Source of the DNA: Leptolyngbyaceae cyanobacterium
GTDB taxonomy: Bacteria; Cyanobacteriota; Cyanobacteriia; Phormidesmidales; Phormidesmidaceae
DNA length: 64,000 nucleotides
NCBI GenBank assembly: GCA_965263355.1
Contig: CBDHHL010000014.1
Location: forward strand, 1-64,000
Direction: 5' to 3'
The notes beneath the pieces were generated by a model. The model made no database searches. It was given only the letters and a program-made list of their open reading frames with translations, and had not been told where the DNA came from. Both the position numbers and the translations under genes were made by a program. Positions 1-9,085 of the stretch are shown here, in pieces; the first letter of the stretch is position 1; each line of letters opens with the position of its first letter.

Positions 1-372
1 GCACCTGACGATGTGACCATTTACCAGAGTGCGATCGTGTTTTTAATTAGCCCATATTCAACTAGCTCGGTTGCGGGCGCTACGATGGTTCCCCTGACTG
101 GCTATGTCACAATGCTATTAACAGCAACGGCCAACGCTAGAGAGTTTACTGGGACTGCGACATTATCACAGGCAGAAACGTCTAAGTTGCTGGCCGTTAC
201 TAATGAGCCATTGTCTGGGCTAAAAGAAACTGAAGTTGAAATGATAGCGATCGTTTACCAGGGGACAGTTTCACCAGTGCCAGGGACAGACCAGGGCGAG
301 ACGATGAAGACTGATACAATAACCCCGTTTATTGCCCCTGGGATGAGTACGACGTTACAGCAAGCGGTTTAA
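1..372 (+). CDS. hypothetical protein, 5'-truncated by window edge (Thr-rich, possibly structural)
   Basis: Frame is open from base 1 to the stop at 372; composition looks beta-strand rich. Confidence 0.4.
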   Translation, partial: APDDVTIYQSAIVFLISPYSTSSVAGATMVPLTGYVTMLLTATANAREFTGTATLSQAETSKLLAVTNEPLSGLKETEVEMIAIVYQGTVSPVPGTDQGETMKTDTITPFIAPGMSTTLQQAV

Positions 373-566
373 GCGTTAAAAACGCTTTCTAGACTATAAG
401 CAAAATCACGGATAGCTTCGTCGATATCGCTCGCGATCACTTCTCGGCTCAGCAATGTAACATCTAAGAATGAATTATCAAGCATCAGCGAAACAGTATA
501 TTTGCCATCTTCTCGCTTAACGGCGTAAATATTCAAATTTACGTTTACTTCTTTTGTTTTACTCAT
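369..566 (-). CDS. small hypothetical phage protein
   Basis: ATG-started 65-aa ORF in a run of co-oriented small genes. Confidence 0.5.
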   Translation of the reverse strand: MSKTKEVNVNLNIYAVKREDGKYTVSLMLDNSFLDVTLLSREVIASDIDEAIRDFAYSLESVFNA

Positions 567-678
567 TTAACGATTTGTCTTAATATCAGCACCAATGCGA
601 GCCATTTTTTCATCCAATTTTTGCAGGGTAATTCGCGCTTCTTCGGTCATCTTCGCCCTGCCATTGGCAATGTAACAT

Positions 679-906
679 TTAAGGTTGATTCATGAAACTC
701 AAGTAAAAATCAATCCCTTCTAATTCCACATAATAAATTTGCACTTTTCCTACTTTCTCTTTGCCTGGGATAATTCGTGGATCAATGTTGAGTTCCACCG
801 CATCTAAAATAGCGTCCTTCAAAACGTCATCAGTAACACCATCTGCCACTGATGCAAAGACCTTGATATGCCCGTAGATAGGGATTGTTAATAGTTTTTC
901 TTTCAT
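679..906 (-). CDS. small hypothetical phage protein
   Basis: ATG-started 75-aa ORF, co-oriented with neighbours. Confidence 0.5.
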   Translation of the reverse strand: MKEKLLTIPIYGHIKVFASVADGVTDDVLKDAILDAVELNIDPRIIPGKEKVGKVQIYYVELEGIDFYLSFMNQP

Positions 907-1025
907 TTTTTATCAAAAACTCGGCCTACTAAATTACTTTGACTTGCTGCTGCAACCGCAACTAATCAACTACGCTACAACCCTTGTTATTCAATACTTC
1001 TATTGAAAGCGTTTTTTGTTCTGGA

Positions 1026-1325
1026 CTACTTTTGGACTAGATCTGAAAGGGCTTTTACAACCTCTCTCAGCCTCCACAGTTTAACACCATGGTATGAACT
1101 TTTTTCGTATCTAGAAATCGTAGTGCTGGCCGAAGACTTTGTTAAGCCTAGCTTTAAGCCTAAGTCTTCTTGAGTCAAGCCATGGGTTTCTACTTTAAGT
1201 AGTTCAGGCAAGGTGTCAAGAACTTTTTCGGCTAGCTCCAGCGTAATCTCTATGTTTACGTCTGGCATCAATTCAATATTTATGTTGACGCTCAAAAGCG
1301 TAGCGTGTAAATTAGGAGATGTCAA
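1026..1325 (-). CDS. XRE-family helix-turn-helix protein
   Basis: GLTQEDLGLKLG...TISRYEKSSY...LWRLREVVKAL matches the XRE HTH pattern. Confidence 0.7.
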   Translation of the reverse strand: MTSPNLHATLLSVNINIELMPDVNIEITLELAEKVLDTLPELLKVETHGLTQEDLGLKLGLTKSSASTTISRYEKSSYHGVKLWRLREVVKALSDLVQK

Positions 1326-1341
1326 TAAATATTAGAAAATA

Positions 1342-1893
1342 ATGAAGCGTCTAATCCTACTCGATAAAGATTTAACACTTGTCAAGCCAACTGGTGGCAA
1401 TAAATATGTCCAAACGCCCACAGGTCAAGAGCTATTGCCAGGTGTTAAGGACGTTATCTCCCGACATGAGCGTCAGGGCGACATTTGCTGTATGGTTACC
1501 AACCAGGGCGGGGTAGCCGCTGGTTACAAAACGCTTGATAGTGCAATAGAAGAAGTCCAATATGCAATGGACCTTCTTCCCTATATCTCTATGGCTTGGT
1601 TGTGCCCTGACTTTGAAGGTCAGGAATGTTATGTAGTTTGGCGCAACGCTGGTCGATCAAGTAACCCATCTGGCGACGATATTTGGCGAGTAATCAAGAA
1701 CTACCCAACCGCCCCTGAATTCGTAGGATTGTATCGAAAGCCTGACTCAGGAATGCTGCTCGCAGCATGTGATGTTCATGGGTTTATTCCGTCTCCAGAA
1801 ACGTGTCTGATGGTTGGAGACATGGAGAGTGACCGATTAGCTGCCAAAAATGCTAATGTGTCATTTCAATGGGCATCTGAATGGGCGCAATGA
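1342..1893 (+). CDS. HAD-IIIA family phosphatase (GmhB/HisB-N/polynucleotide 3'-phosphatase-like)
   Basis: Motifs LLDKDLTL, VTNQGG, RKPDSGM, MVGDMESD. Confidence 0.85.
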   Translation: MKRLILLDKDLTLVKPTGGNKYVQTPTGQELLPGVKDVISRHERQGDICCMVTNQGGVAAGYKTLDSAIEEVQYAMDLLPYISMAWLCPDFEGQECYVVWRNAGRSSNPSGDDIWRVIKNYPTAPEFVGLYRKPDSGMLLAACDVHGFIPSPETCLMVGDMESDRLAAKNANVSFQWASEWAQ

Positions 1894-1923
1894 AACATTA
1901 AAAAACGCTCAAATTTTTAATGT

Positions 1924-2340
1924 TTAAGGGATAAAGTTGACTTCCATGCCGTAAAGTGTCGCCTTAAGACAGCCCGTATCTCCAGCTGACGACGGCAATT
2001 GAAAGCCCATATGGGCATAACCAGTGTCACCAACACCACCAGGGGGATCGATACTCACGGGTTCTACTGGGCTGCTGAATGTCGGTGGCGTAGGTTCAGG
2101 TGTGGGAACTATGGGCTCAGGATCAGGGATGTCTTTTTCATCTTTCTTTTTCCCTCCACCTTGCGCTAAACCCGCAGCGCCACTTAACCCAGTTGTAGCT
2201 ACGGCATAGCCCCCAGTCGTCTCAGCAGCGCCCATTTTGTCAGATACAGCTGATGCAACAATTGTGATCGCGCCTAAGGCTAGAGAGCCCGCAGCAATCA
2301 TCAAAGCTACATAATCATCGCTATCAGTTACGTTCATCAC
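1924..2340 (-). CDS. membrane protein with Pro-rich linker
   Basis: N-terminal hydrophobic segments followed by a PDPEPIVPTPEPTPP tract. Confidence 0.5.
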   Translation of the reverse strand: MMNVTDSDDYVALMIAAGSLALGAITIVASAVSDKMGAAETTGGYAVATTGLSGAAGLAQGGGKKKDEKDIPDPEPIVPTPEPTPPTFSSPVEPVSIDPPGGVGDTGYAHMGFQLPSSAGDTGCLKATLYGMEVNFIP

Positions 2341-2461
2341 CGCTCTACCCCATCAACGGAAGATCTAGACAATGCCAACTGGCTTTTAACCTTTTCAATT
2401 AACCGAAATTTCCGGCATATCCAAAGTTGACAGCTTAGCTCTATTTTAGCATTTTCAGGGG

Positions 2462-3808
2462 GTGACACTCCCCGCCCTAGAAGGTCGAGGCTTCTTAAAG
2501 AAGTTACGCAGCAGTAGACGCTATACTGAAGCCGCCACGGTTCAGCATTGTTAGCGTTACTCTACGAGGGGAGGTCACCGCCCCTCGATTGACATTGGCT
2601 AGGTCTAAGCCTAGTTCTGTCGCTCCTTTTCGTAGGATATTCGCAGCACCGTTACAGTCTGCATTAATCAACCAACCTTTAGCGGTTCGATAGAGCTTGG
2701 TTGTGATTCGCTTACCTGAAGCTTTCCAGCCAATGGGTTTTTCACCAAAAGTAGGTAGGCTGTCGTTATCTAAGAACGATGCTTTCGAGGTGTAGCTTTC
2801 TTCGGTTTCAATGAATTGAATGCCGATTTCTTCAAGAACAGTCTTGAGCCGTTCTTTTAATTTGGCTGTGGGTAGTTGAACAAAGTTTTGATTGTTCCGC
2901 TTGCCCATACCTGACTCAGACTTAACGCCAGCATTCCAACCGAAAATGACGGTCCCAATATCGCTAGTAATGCAGTAATCAGCGATTTTACGACACACCT
3001 TATTGATGTAGTCGCGCATCCGTCGATTACGTTTCTCATGAGTTAGTGCGCAGTTACGGGACCAGAAATTGGCCTGATATCGGCCCATTTCACGATTGAC
3101 CTTATTGTTCCAGAAATTAGCCTGCTTACCGTCAATGATGAAGCTATCACCCAGCGTAGAGACGCACGTTAACCAGTTCTTGACACCGGGATCAATACCT
3201 AACGCATTGTCGAAATTTAAGGTCACAGGTTCACGCTCAGACCGATAGATGTATTCCACATAGAACGTATGGTTTCTAGGGAATATGCGGATCTCACGGA
3301 TCTTTTCTGGGTGAATGTTCATTGGAGCTGGGATATAGATAGCGTCTATCCCTTCCCACTGCTTAAACGACATCCCCAACGGCAACCGGATTAACCCGGT
3401 CTCTATGGCCTCATTCAGCCGTAGGTGTTGCGCTGGGTATGTGATGCCCGCTAAGCCACCACGTTTACGGTAGTGAGGCGGTTTAGGGCGATCTTTAAGC
3501 TCACCCTTAAACCACATAGATAGCAGCTCATCATAGGACTTGAACGACTCACAGACGACCATCAGCGTTTGTTGGGCAACTTGAGAAAACAATTGCCGAT
3601 AGTGACAATTATCTTTCAGATGTTTGTCTAACGGCTCATATTGGCTTTCTATGTGAGTCTTACTGACCATACGACCAGCACGCTTTAAGGCATAGATAGC
3701 GCAGTTGGTCAGGCTGTTGGCCTGACGACACAGGTACTCAATGATTGCCTGCTCAAAATCGGGCAGTTGCAATACATCTTGTTGACACGAAAAACTCATA
3801 TTTATCAC
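2462..3808 (-). mobile_element. IS200/IS605-family tnpB-only element (right end intact, no tnpA, no recognisable left end)
   Basis: Minus-strand right end GAAGCCTCGACCTTCTAGGGCGGGGAGTGTCAC ends at 2462; an HNH gene directly abuts the tnpB start. Confidence 0.7.
2504..3799 (-). CDS. tnpB: RNA-guided endonuclease TnpB (rearranged RuvC-II type, no Cys4 zinc ribbon)
   Basis: GIDPG (RuvC-I), VIFGWN with the Glu apparently relocated to TEESYTS, NADCNGAANI (RuvC-III). Confidence 0.92.
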   Translation of the reverse strand: MSFSCQQDVLQLPDFEQAIIEYLCRQANSLTNCAIYALKRAGRMVSKTHIESQYEPLDKHLKDNCHYRQLFSQVAQQTLMVVCESFKSYDELLSMWFKGELKDRPKPPHYRKRGGLAGITYPAQHLRLNEAIETGLIRLPLGMSFKQWEGIDAIYIPAPMNIHPEKIREIRIFPRNHTFYVEYIYRSEREPVTLNFDNALGIDPGVKNWLTCVSTLGDSFIIDGKQANFWNNKVNREMGRYQANFWSRNCALTHEKRNRRMRDYINKVCRKIADYCITSDIGTVIFGWNAGVKSESGMGKRNNQNFVQLPTAKLKERLKTVLEEIGIQFIETEESYTSKASFLDNDSLPTFGEKPIGWKASGKRITTKLYRTAKGWLINADCNGAANILRKGATELGLDLANVNRGAVTSPRRVTLTMLNRGGFSIASTAA

Positions 3809-4329
3809 TGAGAAATGTTTTTAACAATGAGACTCAAAAGCTCAGAAAATTCTTTATGCGCCATACCGTGTTTCATCCTATTGATACCTTTGAGTACCCA
3901 TTGCAAATTATTGATTTCGCTTGAACCACCTTTTGACTTAGGGATTATATGATCAACCTCTGCGTCTTTCCCTACAACCAAAGAGACCCCACTGTAAGGG
4001 CAGAGTCCGTTTTGCTTATTAAATAGATTGGCCAAATCTTCCCATCTACTGGAGTCTCGCCATAGCTTTACCGAAGCTCTTTTTAAGACACAAGTTGTGC
4101 ATCTAGTGTTGCCATTGACAGGGACGCCGGACTTGCATTCTGTGCATACTCCACTAGCACGCTTTTTGGCCCGATATTTTTTAGCTTGTTCGGCTTTCTT
4201 TTTGTTACAAACATCACACCTTCGCTTGCCATGGATTTCTACAGGCTGTCTGCACATCAAACATGAGCCTTGCTCTAAAAGCCTTGCTTGGTACTTTAGT
4301 ACATTCTTGTTGTTAGACTTAGCCATCAT
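3805..4329 (-). CDS. HNH endonuclease with N-terminal CxxC zinc-finger repeats
   Basis: CPYSG...EVDHIIPKSKGG...NNLQWV...NRMK HNH signature; four CxxC pairs upstream. Confidence 0.88.
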   Translation of the reverse strand: MMAKSNNKNVLKYQARLLEQGSCLMCRQPVEIHGKRRCDVCNKKKAEQAKKYRAKKRASGVCTECKSGVPVNGNTRCTTCVLKRASVKLWRDSSRWEDLANLFNKQNGLCPYSGVSLVVGKDAEVDHIIPKSKGGSSEINNLQWVLKGINRMKHGMAHKEFSELLSLIVKNISQ

Positions 4330-4417
4330 GTATCCACAAAACTATCTAATTATAGCGTGGATACATAAAAGAAGGAAGGGGTTTTATCCGGTTCCCGTGC
4401 CCTCTATTTTCTATAAA

Positions 4418-5260
4418 TCAGGGGATAAGTGTCTTGACCACATCGACGATATCTAAATAATCTACCAACCACGTTAAACCAATAACGACGAGGGCAGAAA
4501 GTGTAACCAAGCCTAAGTATTTAACTAGCAGCCAAAATACAGAATCATACGATTCTTTCGCGTGGGCTGCATCTTCTACGACATCAGTTATTCGTCTAGC
4601 TTTCTTTGCAAATGGCCAGCTAATCAACGAAATGTCATCAGGTTTTTTGGCTTCAAGCTTTGCGCCTTGGGGTATATGCGATATCGGAGTTCTTGACGTA
4701 ACTGTTTGTTCCTCTTCAGTGCCGTCAAATGTTGGATGTTCGATCACTCGCTCACCACCGGCAGTATCAAGCTGTAAAGATGCCCTTACTTCGTAGTCTT
4801 GAGTTTGAACAAAAGCGATCACATCCCCATCAATTAAATTTGCATCACTGGCGATCTCCGTTCCATTGAGGATCGGTTTACTGACTGCCCTAGCCCAATA
4901 AAATACTTGCCCCCTCCATTTGTGCTTCCCGATAACTCGCTTATCTTTAGTGCGCCCTCGCCTATCCTTAGACACAGGCCCGCCATTGATAAGCACCCAA
5001 CCTCTAGCTGGATCATACCCAATGCAAGCATGAACGCGAGACGCAATGCTTATGCTTACCTCTTTGGGTAAATCTGTCATATCAAATTGAACACCCCCAT
5101 TCAGAAAGGAGTGTTCTGGATTTATGTCAAAATGAGCCCGCCCAAACAACGAAAGTTTAGACGGACTTAAGGAAAACACTTTTGACTCGCGCCATTCGCG
5201 ACCGTACCGGGTGCTAATCAGCAAGGTTGCAAAACGGCTCTGCTTCGCAGGCGTAAACAT
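4418..5260 (-). CDS. FHA-domain protein with C-terminal transmembrane helix
   Basis: FGR, SRVHA, WVLING and LNG...LIDGDVI FHA motifs; hydrophobic LGLVTLSALVVIGLTWLV near the C-terminus. Confidence 0.7.
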   Translation of the reverse strand: MFTPAKQSRFATLLISTRYGREWRESKVFSLSPSKLSLFGRAHFDINPEHSFLNGGVQFDMTDLPKEVSISIASRVHACIGYDPARGWVLINGGPVSKDRRGRTKDKRVIGKHKWRGQVFYWARAVSKPILNGTEIASDANLIDGDVIAFVQTQDYEVRASLQLDTAGGERVIEHPTFDGTEEEQTVTSRTPISHIPQGAKLEAKKPDDISLISWPFAKKARRITDVVEDAAHAKESYDSVFWLLVKYLGLVTLSALVVIGLTWLVDYLDIVDVVKTLIP

Positions 5261-5385
5261 GCATAGTTATAAATAGGCAGCAATTGGGTAGATGCCCCTA
5301 GGTAGCCGTAAAATAGGCTATGAACCGTTATACAGCCTACGTTAGCACGATTTGATTTGTGTTGATACGGCAAATTGATATCACC

Positions 5386-5586
5386 ATGCCCCCAACTGAC
5401 CACCAAGGCGACTCTAAAACGACCGTGATTTTTACTCAAGCGATCGAATCGTTAATAGCTGAATATTGCACTGCAACAGGAATAACGAAAGCTGATTTTG
5501 TCAGAACAGCAGCCGTACGCTATTTGCAGGATGTCATGGGAATTGATTATGTGTGGGAGAAATTGCGCGGGCATCCCAAAAAATAA
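5386..5586 (+). CDS. ribbon-helix-helix (CopG-like) DNA-binding protein
   Basis: KTTVIFT...IAEYCTATGITKADFVRTAAVRYL matches the RHH pattern. Confidence 0.6.
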   Translation: MPPTDHQGDSKTTVIFTQAIESLIAEYCTATGITKADFVRTAAVRYLQDVMGIDYVWEKLRGHPKK

Positions 5587-5711
5587 AACCCCCGTGCTCA
5601 AGCAGACACAGGGGATCTTGATTGTAACTATTGAACCACTTCATCATTGGATATTATATCCAATTTTGGTAGCTGCAGTTAAAATTGGCATAATGCTTCT
5701 GTGAGAAAACT

Positions 5712-6143
5712 ATGAACATCGATTTTGACACATTGAACCCTATCCTTGCAGGGGCATTGGCCCCTGCATTGTCCAGCGTACTACTAGTGATCAACCCACG
5801 GTTAGCACGGGCACTGAAAAACCTGATCCCTGGGATTAATAAATATTCGGAGATCGCTAAAACGATTCTCCCCATGATTGATGCAAAACTGGCTCAACAT
5901 ATTGATCTAGTTGATGGGACTGCTGACATATTGCGGACGGTGGCCGCTGGTGAGGTGACTGTATTGGGTATGACATCCCGGATGCGCCAAGTCGCCGGAA
6001 AGATTGGTGAGAACCCACGAGAGCTAAAAATTCTTCTGGATGCAATCGACGATGAATTTAAGCCCAGTGAGTTCAATAAGCTGAACAAGGGCGGCCCTGT
6101 GCAAACATCTGAGTTCGTTTCTGTTGACGCGCCTGGTCATTGA
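5712..6143 (+). CDS. hypothetical membrane-anchored protein; stop codon supplied by the IS right end
   Basis: ATG ORF with N-terminal hydrophobic segment; TGA at 6141-6143 lies within the IS end TTGA. Confidence 0.65.
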   Translation: MNIDFDTLNPILAGALAPALSSVLLVINPRLARALKNLIPGINKYSEIAKTILPMIDAKLAQHIDLVDGTADILRTVAAGEVTVLGMTSRMRQVAGKIGENPRELKILLDAIDDEFKPSEFNKLNKGGPVQTSEFVSVDAPGH

Positions 6144-6179
6144 CATGCTCCCCGTGCTGAAGCAGCGGGGATTCTATAG

Positions 6180-7394
6180 CTAAAGGTTCAGCCTAAGCTG
6201 CTCCCCTACTAAACGGCTAGACGGTTCAACACACCCTGCCGGAAACCCGGTCTTACAAGTGCTCCCCTGTCCATTTTTATGCTGTCGTGGGCTATCTCCA
6301 GCCCCGACAAAGTTTATATTCTTGGCTGCATTGCGGTCTCTATCGTGTAGAGCGCCGCAACTAAGACAGCGTATTTCCCGTACAGAAAGGTCTAACTTCC
6401 CCCAATGAGAGCCACAGTCAGAGCAATACTGACTGGTAGGCTCCCATCGGTCAATGACCCTCACTTCACGGCCATACATGGCTGCTTTCGCTTCCAGCAT
6501 CGTCCTGAACTCTCTCCAGCCTTGCTGGGATATTGCACGGGATAACTTACGGTTTTTCACCATACCCGATACATTCAGGTCCTCTAAGCAGATCACCTGG
6601 TTTTCTTTCACCAGCTGCGTACTGAGCTTGTGGAGGAAATCTTTACGGATATTTCGCGCCTTGGCTTTGAGCTTGGCAACACGTAACCGTGCTCGTTCTC
6701 TCCGCTTAGACCCCTTCTGCCTGCGAGACAAGACCCGTTGCGCTTTCCTAAGCTTGCGGTCTAGCTTGCTATAGTCTGGCCCTTCTATCGGCTCTCCATA
6801 GCTAGGAAAGGCAAACACCTTTATACCTAGATCGATACCGATAGAAGGATTTGTTACTGATTCCATGCTGGGCTCAGCTTCTACAACAAAGCTCAGGTAA
6901 TAATGGTTCTGCCTATCTTTGATGACGGTTACAGAACTTGGCTCACTGGGTAAAGGTCGAGACCATTTGGTTTTCACAGTCCCTATCTTTGCCAGGTAAA
7001 CCTTATTTCCTTTGAGGGAAAAAGCGGTCTTTGCAAACCTAGCCGTTTGCTTGTTGTCTCTTTTTTTGAACCTAGGAAACTGGATGGGTTTCCCCTTTCG
7101 CTTACCCTTGCGGCTATCGAAAAAGTTCTTAAATGCCGTCCCTAGATCAATCAATGATTGCTGTAGGGGTACAGCAGAAACATCAGACAACCAGCTACGC
7201 TCAACAGTCTTTTTGGCTTGGGTGATACATTGCTTCGATAGCTCTGTACTCGTCGGCCATTTCTCACCCCTAGGAATGGCCTTGATGGTTGCCAGTGCAT
7301 CATTCCAAACGACACGGATGCAACCGAACAACTTTGCTAAGTTGGCCTGTTGCTCCTTATTTGGATAGATTCTATACTGGTACCTGAGTTTCAT
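6180..7394 (-). CDS. tnpB: RNA-guided endonuclease TnpB
   Basis: YRIYP HTH start, GIDLG, LEDL, CSDCG/CLSCG zinc ribbon, DRDRNAA. Confidence 0.95.
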   Translation of the reverse strand: MKLRYQYRIYPNKEQQANLAKLFGCIRVVWNDALATIKAIPRGEKWPTSTELSKQCITQAKKTVERSWLSDVSAVPLQQSLIDLGTAFKNFFDSRKGKRKGKPIQFPRFKKRDNKQTARFAKTAFSLKGNKVYLAKIGTVKTKWSRPLPSEPSSVTVIKDRQNHYYLSFVVEAEPSMESVTNPSIGIDLGIKVFAFPSYGEPIEGPDYSKLDRKLRKAQRVLSRRQKGSKRRERARLRVAKLKAKARNIRKDFLHKLSTQLVKENQVICLEDLNVSGMVKNRKLSRAISQQGWREFRTMLEAKAAMYGREVRVIDRWEPTSQYCSDCGSHWGKLDLSVREIRCLSCGALHDRDRNAAKNINFVGAGDSPRQHKNGQGSTCKTGFPAGCVEPSSRLVGEQLRLNL

Positions 7395-7422
7395 TATTTA
7401 AGTATACTTGGTCTGAAGCAAA

Positions 7423-7824
7423 ATGGGTGCAGATTTAAGGCGGGAAAGGCATAGCGTCACTAACCTGTTAATTCATTTGGTCTGTGTCACTAAATATCGT
7501 AGAAAAGTCCTAACTCCCGAAGGGCTTGATACCATAGAAGCCGCGTTTAACTCGGTCGCTAAAAGCCTTAACTTTCAGGTGACAGAGTTTAATGGTGAAT
7601 CCGACCATGTACACGCCCTGATTGAGTACCCACCAAAACTGTCGGTGTCTCAACTGGTCAACTCGTTAAAAGGCGTCTCTAGTAGGCGGTATGGGCAAGC
7701 TGGGCACCTTAAGCCCTACGGTAGAAAAGCTTTGTGGAGCCCTAGTTATTTTGTTAGCTCAGTAGGCGGGGCACCTCTGGATGTACTCAAAAAGTACATC
7801 CAGGAGCAAGAAAAGCCGTCCTAG
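7423..7824 (+). CDS. tnpA: IS200/IS605 Y1 (HUH) transposase
   Basis: HLVCVTKYRR, DHVH, LWSPSY, YIQEQ. Confidence 0.95.
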   Translation: MGADLRRERHSVTNLLIHLVCVTKYRRKVLTPEGLDTIEAAFNSVAKSLNFQVTEFNGESDHVHALIEYPPKLSVSQLVNSLKGVSSRRYGQAGHLKPYGRKALWSPSYFVSSVGGAPLDVLKKYIQEQEKPS

Positions 7825-7973
7825 AAGGACGGGGTTTTAGACCCAAAATTTTGATAAATAGGGCAAAAAAAATGGGGCCGTTTCCGTGGCCCCATAATGT
7901 TCCCGTATTGAATTCGATTTCATCCAAATATATCTACAGTCTGAATCCTAAAAATCCAGAAAAAACAGATCAA

Positions 7974-8174
7974 TCAAATTTTTTCTTTCAGCTTTTCAGC
8001 TAAAACACTCACTGCAGGCGCAGAAAGTTCTATTCGGTTTGTCTCAACGCCGTCTGTTGTTTCTATTAGTCTCCCTTGCTCCGTTTCAGGATCTATGTAT
8101 AACGTAACTATTTGCTCTTGCGCCTCAGAATCTAAGGACGCTTGATAGGTGTGCCGAGATATAATTTCTATCAT
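7974..8174 (-). CDS. small hypothetical phage protein
   Basis: ATG ORF overlapping the upstream stop (ATGA coupling). Confidence 0.55.
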   Translation of the reverse strand: MIEIISRHTYQASLDSEAQEQIVTLYIDPETEQGRLIETTDGVETNRIELSAPAVSVLAEKLKEKI

Positions 8175-8536
8175 TTTGGAAGGATGGGCTCATTTACACA
8201 ACTGGCATCCCAAGCAGCTTGGGAATAAAATCTAGAGTCCATATCGTCTCTATACTCTTCTAGTCGAGGAATCGTTGGTTCCCCCTTCCATGCCATATAA
8301 ATCAGGTCATTTTCTATGGCATCCAGAAAATCTAAAATCAGCCCTGGATCAAACTCAGCTTTTGTCGCTTCAACTATAAAACTTTGTTGCTTTAAGGCTT
8401 TCTCTATTCCTACAGCCATGACTCCATTACCTAATTTAGAAGCTATTTCCCTTGCTTTCCCAGACATAACAACCGTGGTTCTCTTGCCGCCTTCTTTTTT
8501 ATTTTTGCCAGCAATCAAATTTTTTTCGTTCGCCAT
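8171..8536 (-). CDS. hypothetical protein with RHH-like N-terminus
   Basis: KRTTVVMSGKAREIASKLGNG...GIEKAL; coupled to neighbours. Confidence 0.55.
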   Translation of the reverse strand: MANEKNLIAGKNKKEGGKRTTVVMSGKAREIASKLGNGVMAVGIEKALKQQSFIVEATKAEFDPGLILDFLDAIENDLIYMAWKGEPTIPRLEEYRDDMDSRFYSQAAWDASCVNEPILPK

Positions 8537-9009
8537 TAGAAAGAATCCCAATCGATTTCAGGTTCTGGCCTTTCTAGATTGAACAATTCAATCACGGATT
8601 CAGCCGCTGCCTTTATTTTGTAAGCGGTCTCATCAGTCTCTTCCGAAAACCGCTCGGTGGCATTATCGAGGCACAGAAAAACATGCTCAACTGAGCATGC
8701 CAAAGCGTAAGCAGCCTTGCCCTTCAAAACCCAGCCAACATCATCCCATTTGGCCGAGTCCTTAACGCACTGTGCAGCGCAACGTGCGTCGGTTGGATCT
8801 TCAGGCAACAGCCCACGCACTGCGAACGTGCCAACCTTGATGCCGACTAGACCGGCTTTATCCATTCTTTTTCTCTGCAACTCAACTAAATTCATGGCCT
8901 TTTTCTTAGCTACCTTTCTACTATATGCATAGCAGAGGGAGATGCCAACCCAAAAAAATACCCCGCAATCCATGAGTTGCGAGGCAGTAGCCGAATAAGG
9001 AGAAAACAA
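8536..9009 (-). CDS. hypothetical phage protein
   Basis: ORF coupled to the downstream gene; start codon uncertain. Confidence 0.5.
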   Translation of the reverse strand: MFSPYSATASQLMDCGVFFWVGISLCYAYSRKVAKKKAMNLVELQRKRMDKAGLVGIKVGTFAVRGLLPEDPTDARCAAQCVKDSAKWDDVGWVLKGKAAYALACSVEHVFLCLDNATERFSEETDETAYKIKAAAESVIELFNLERPEPEIDWDSF

Positions 9010-9085
9010 GCTAATAAAAACCCCGCTTTCGATACAATAGTAGCATCAGGGGCCAAATTTGGAAATTGTAGAACAGGAGAGGGCC

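Larger units (their letters stand above)
6140..7853 (-). mobile_element. IS605-group element (divergent tnpA/tnpB), TAM TTAT
   Basis: Right end ...CCCCGCTGCTTCAGCACGGGGAGCATGTCAA ends at 6140; left end TTAT|CAAAATTTTGGG...CCCCGTCCTTCTAGGACGGC at 7853. Confidence 0.9.
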
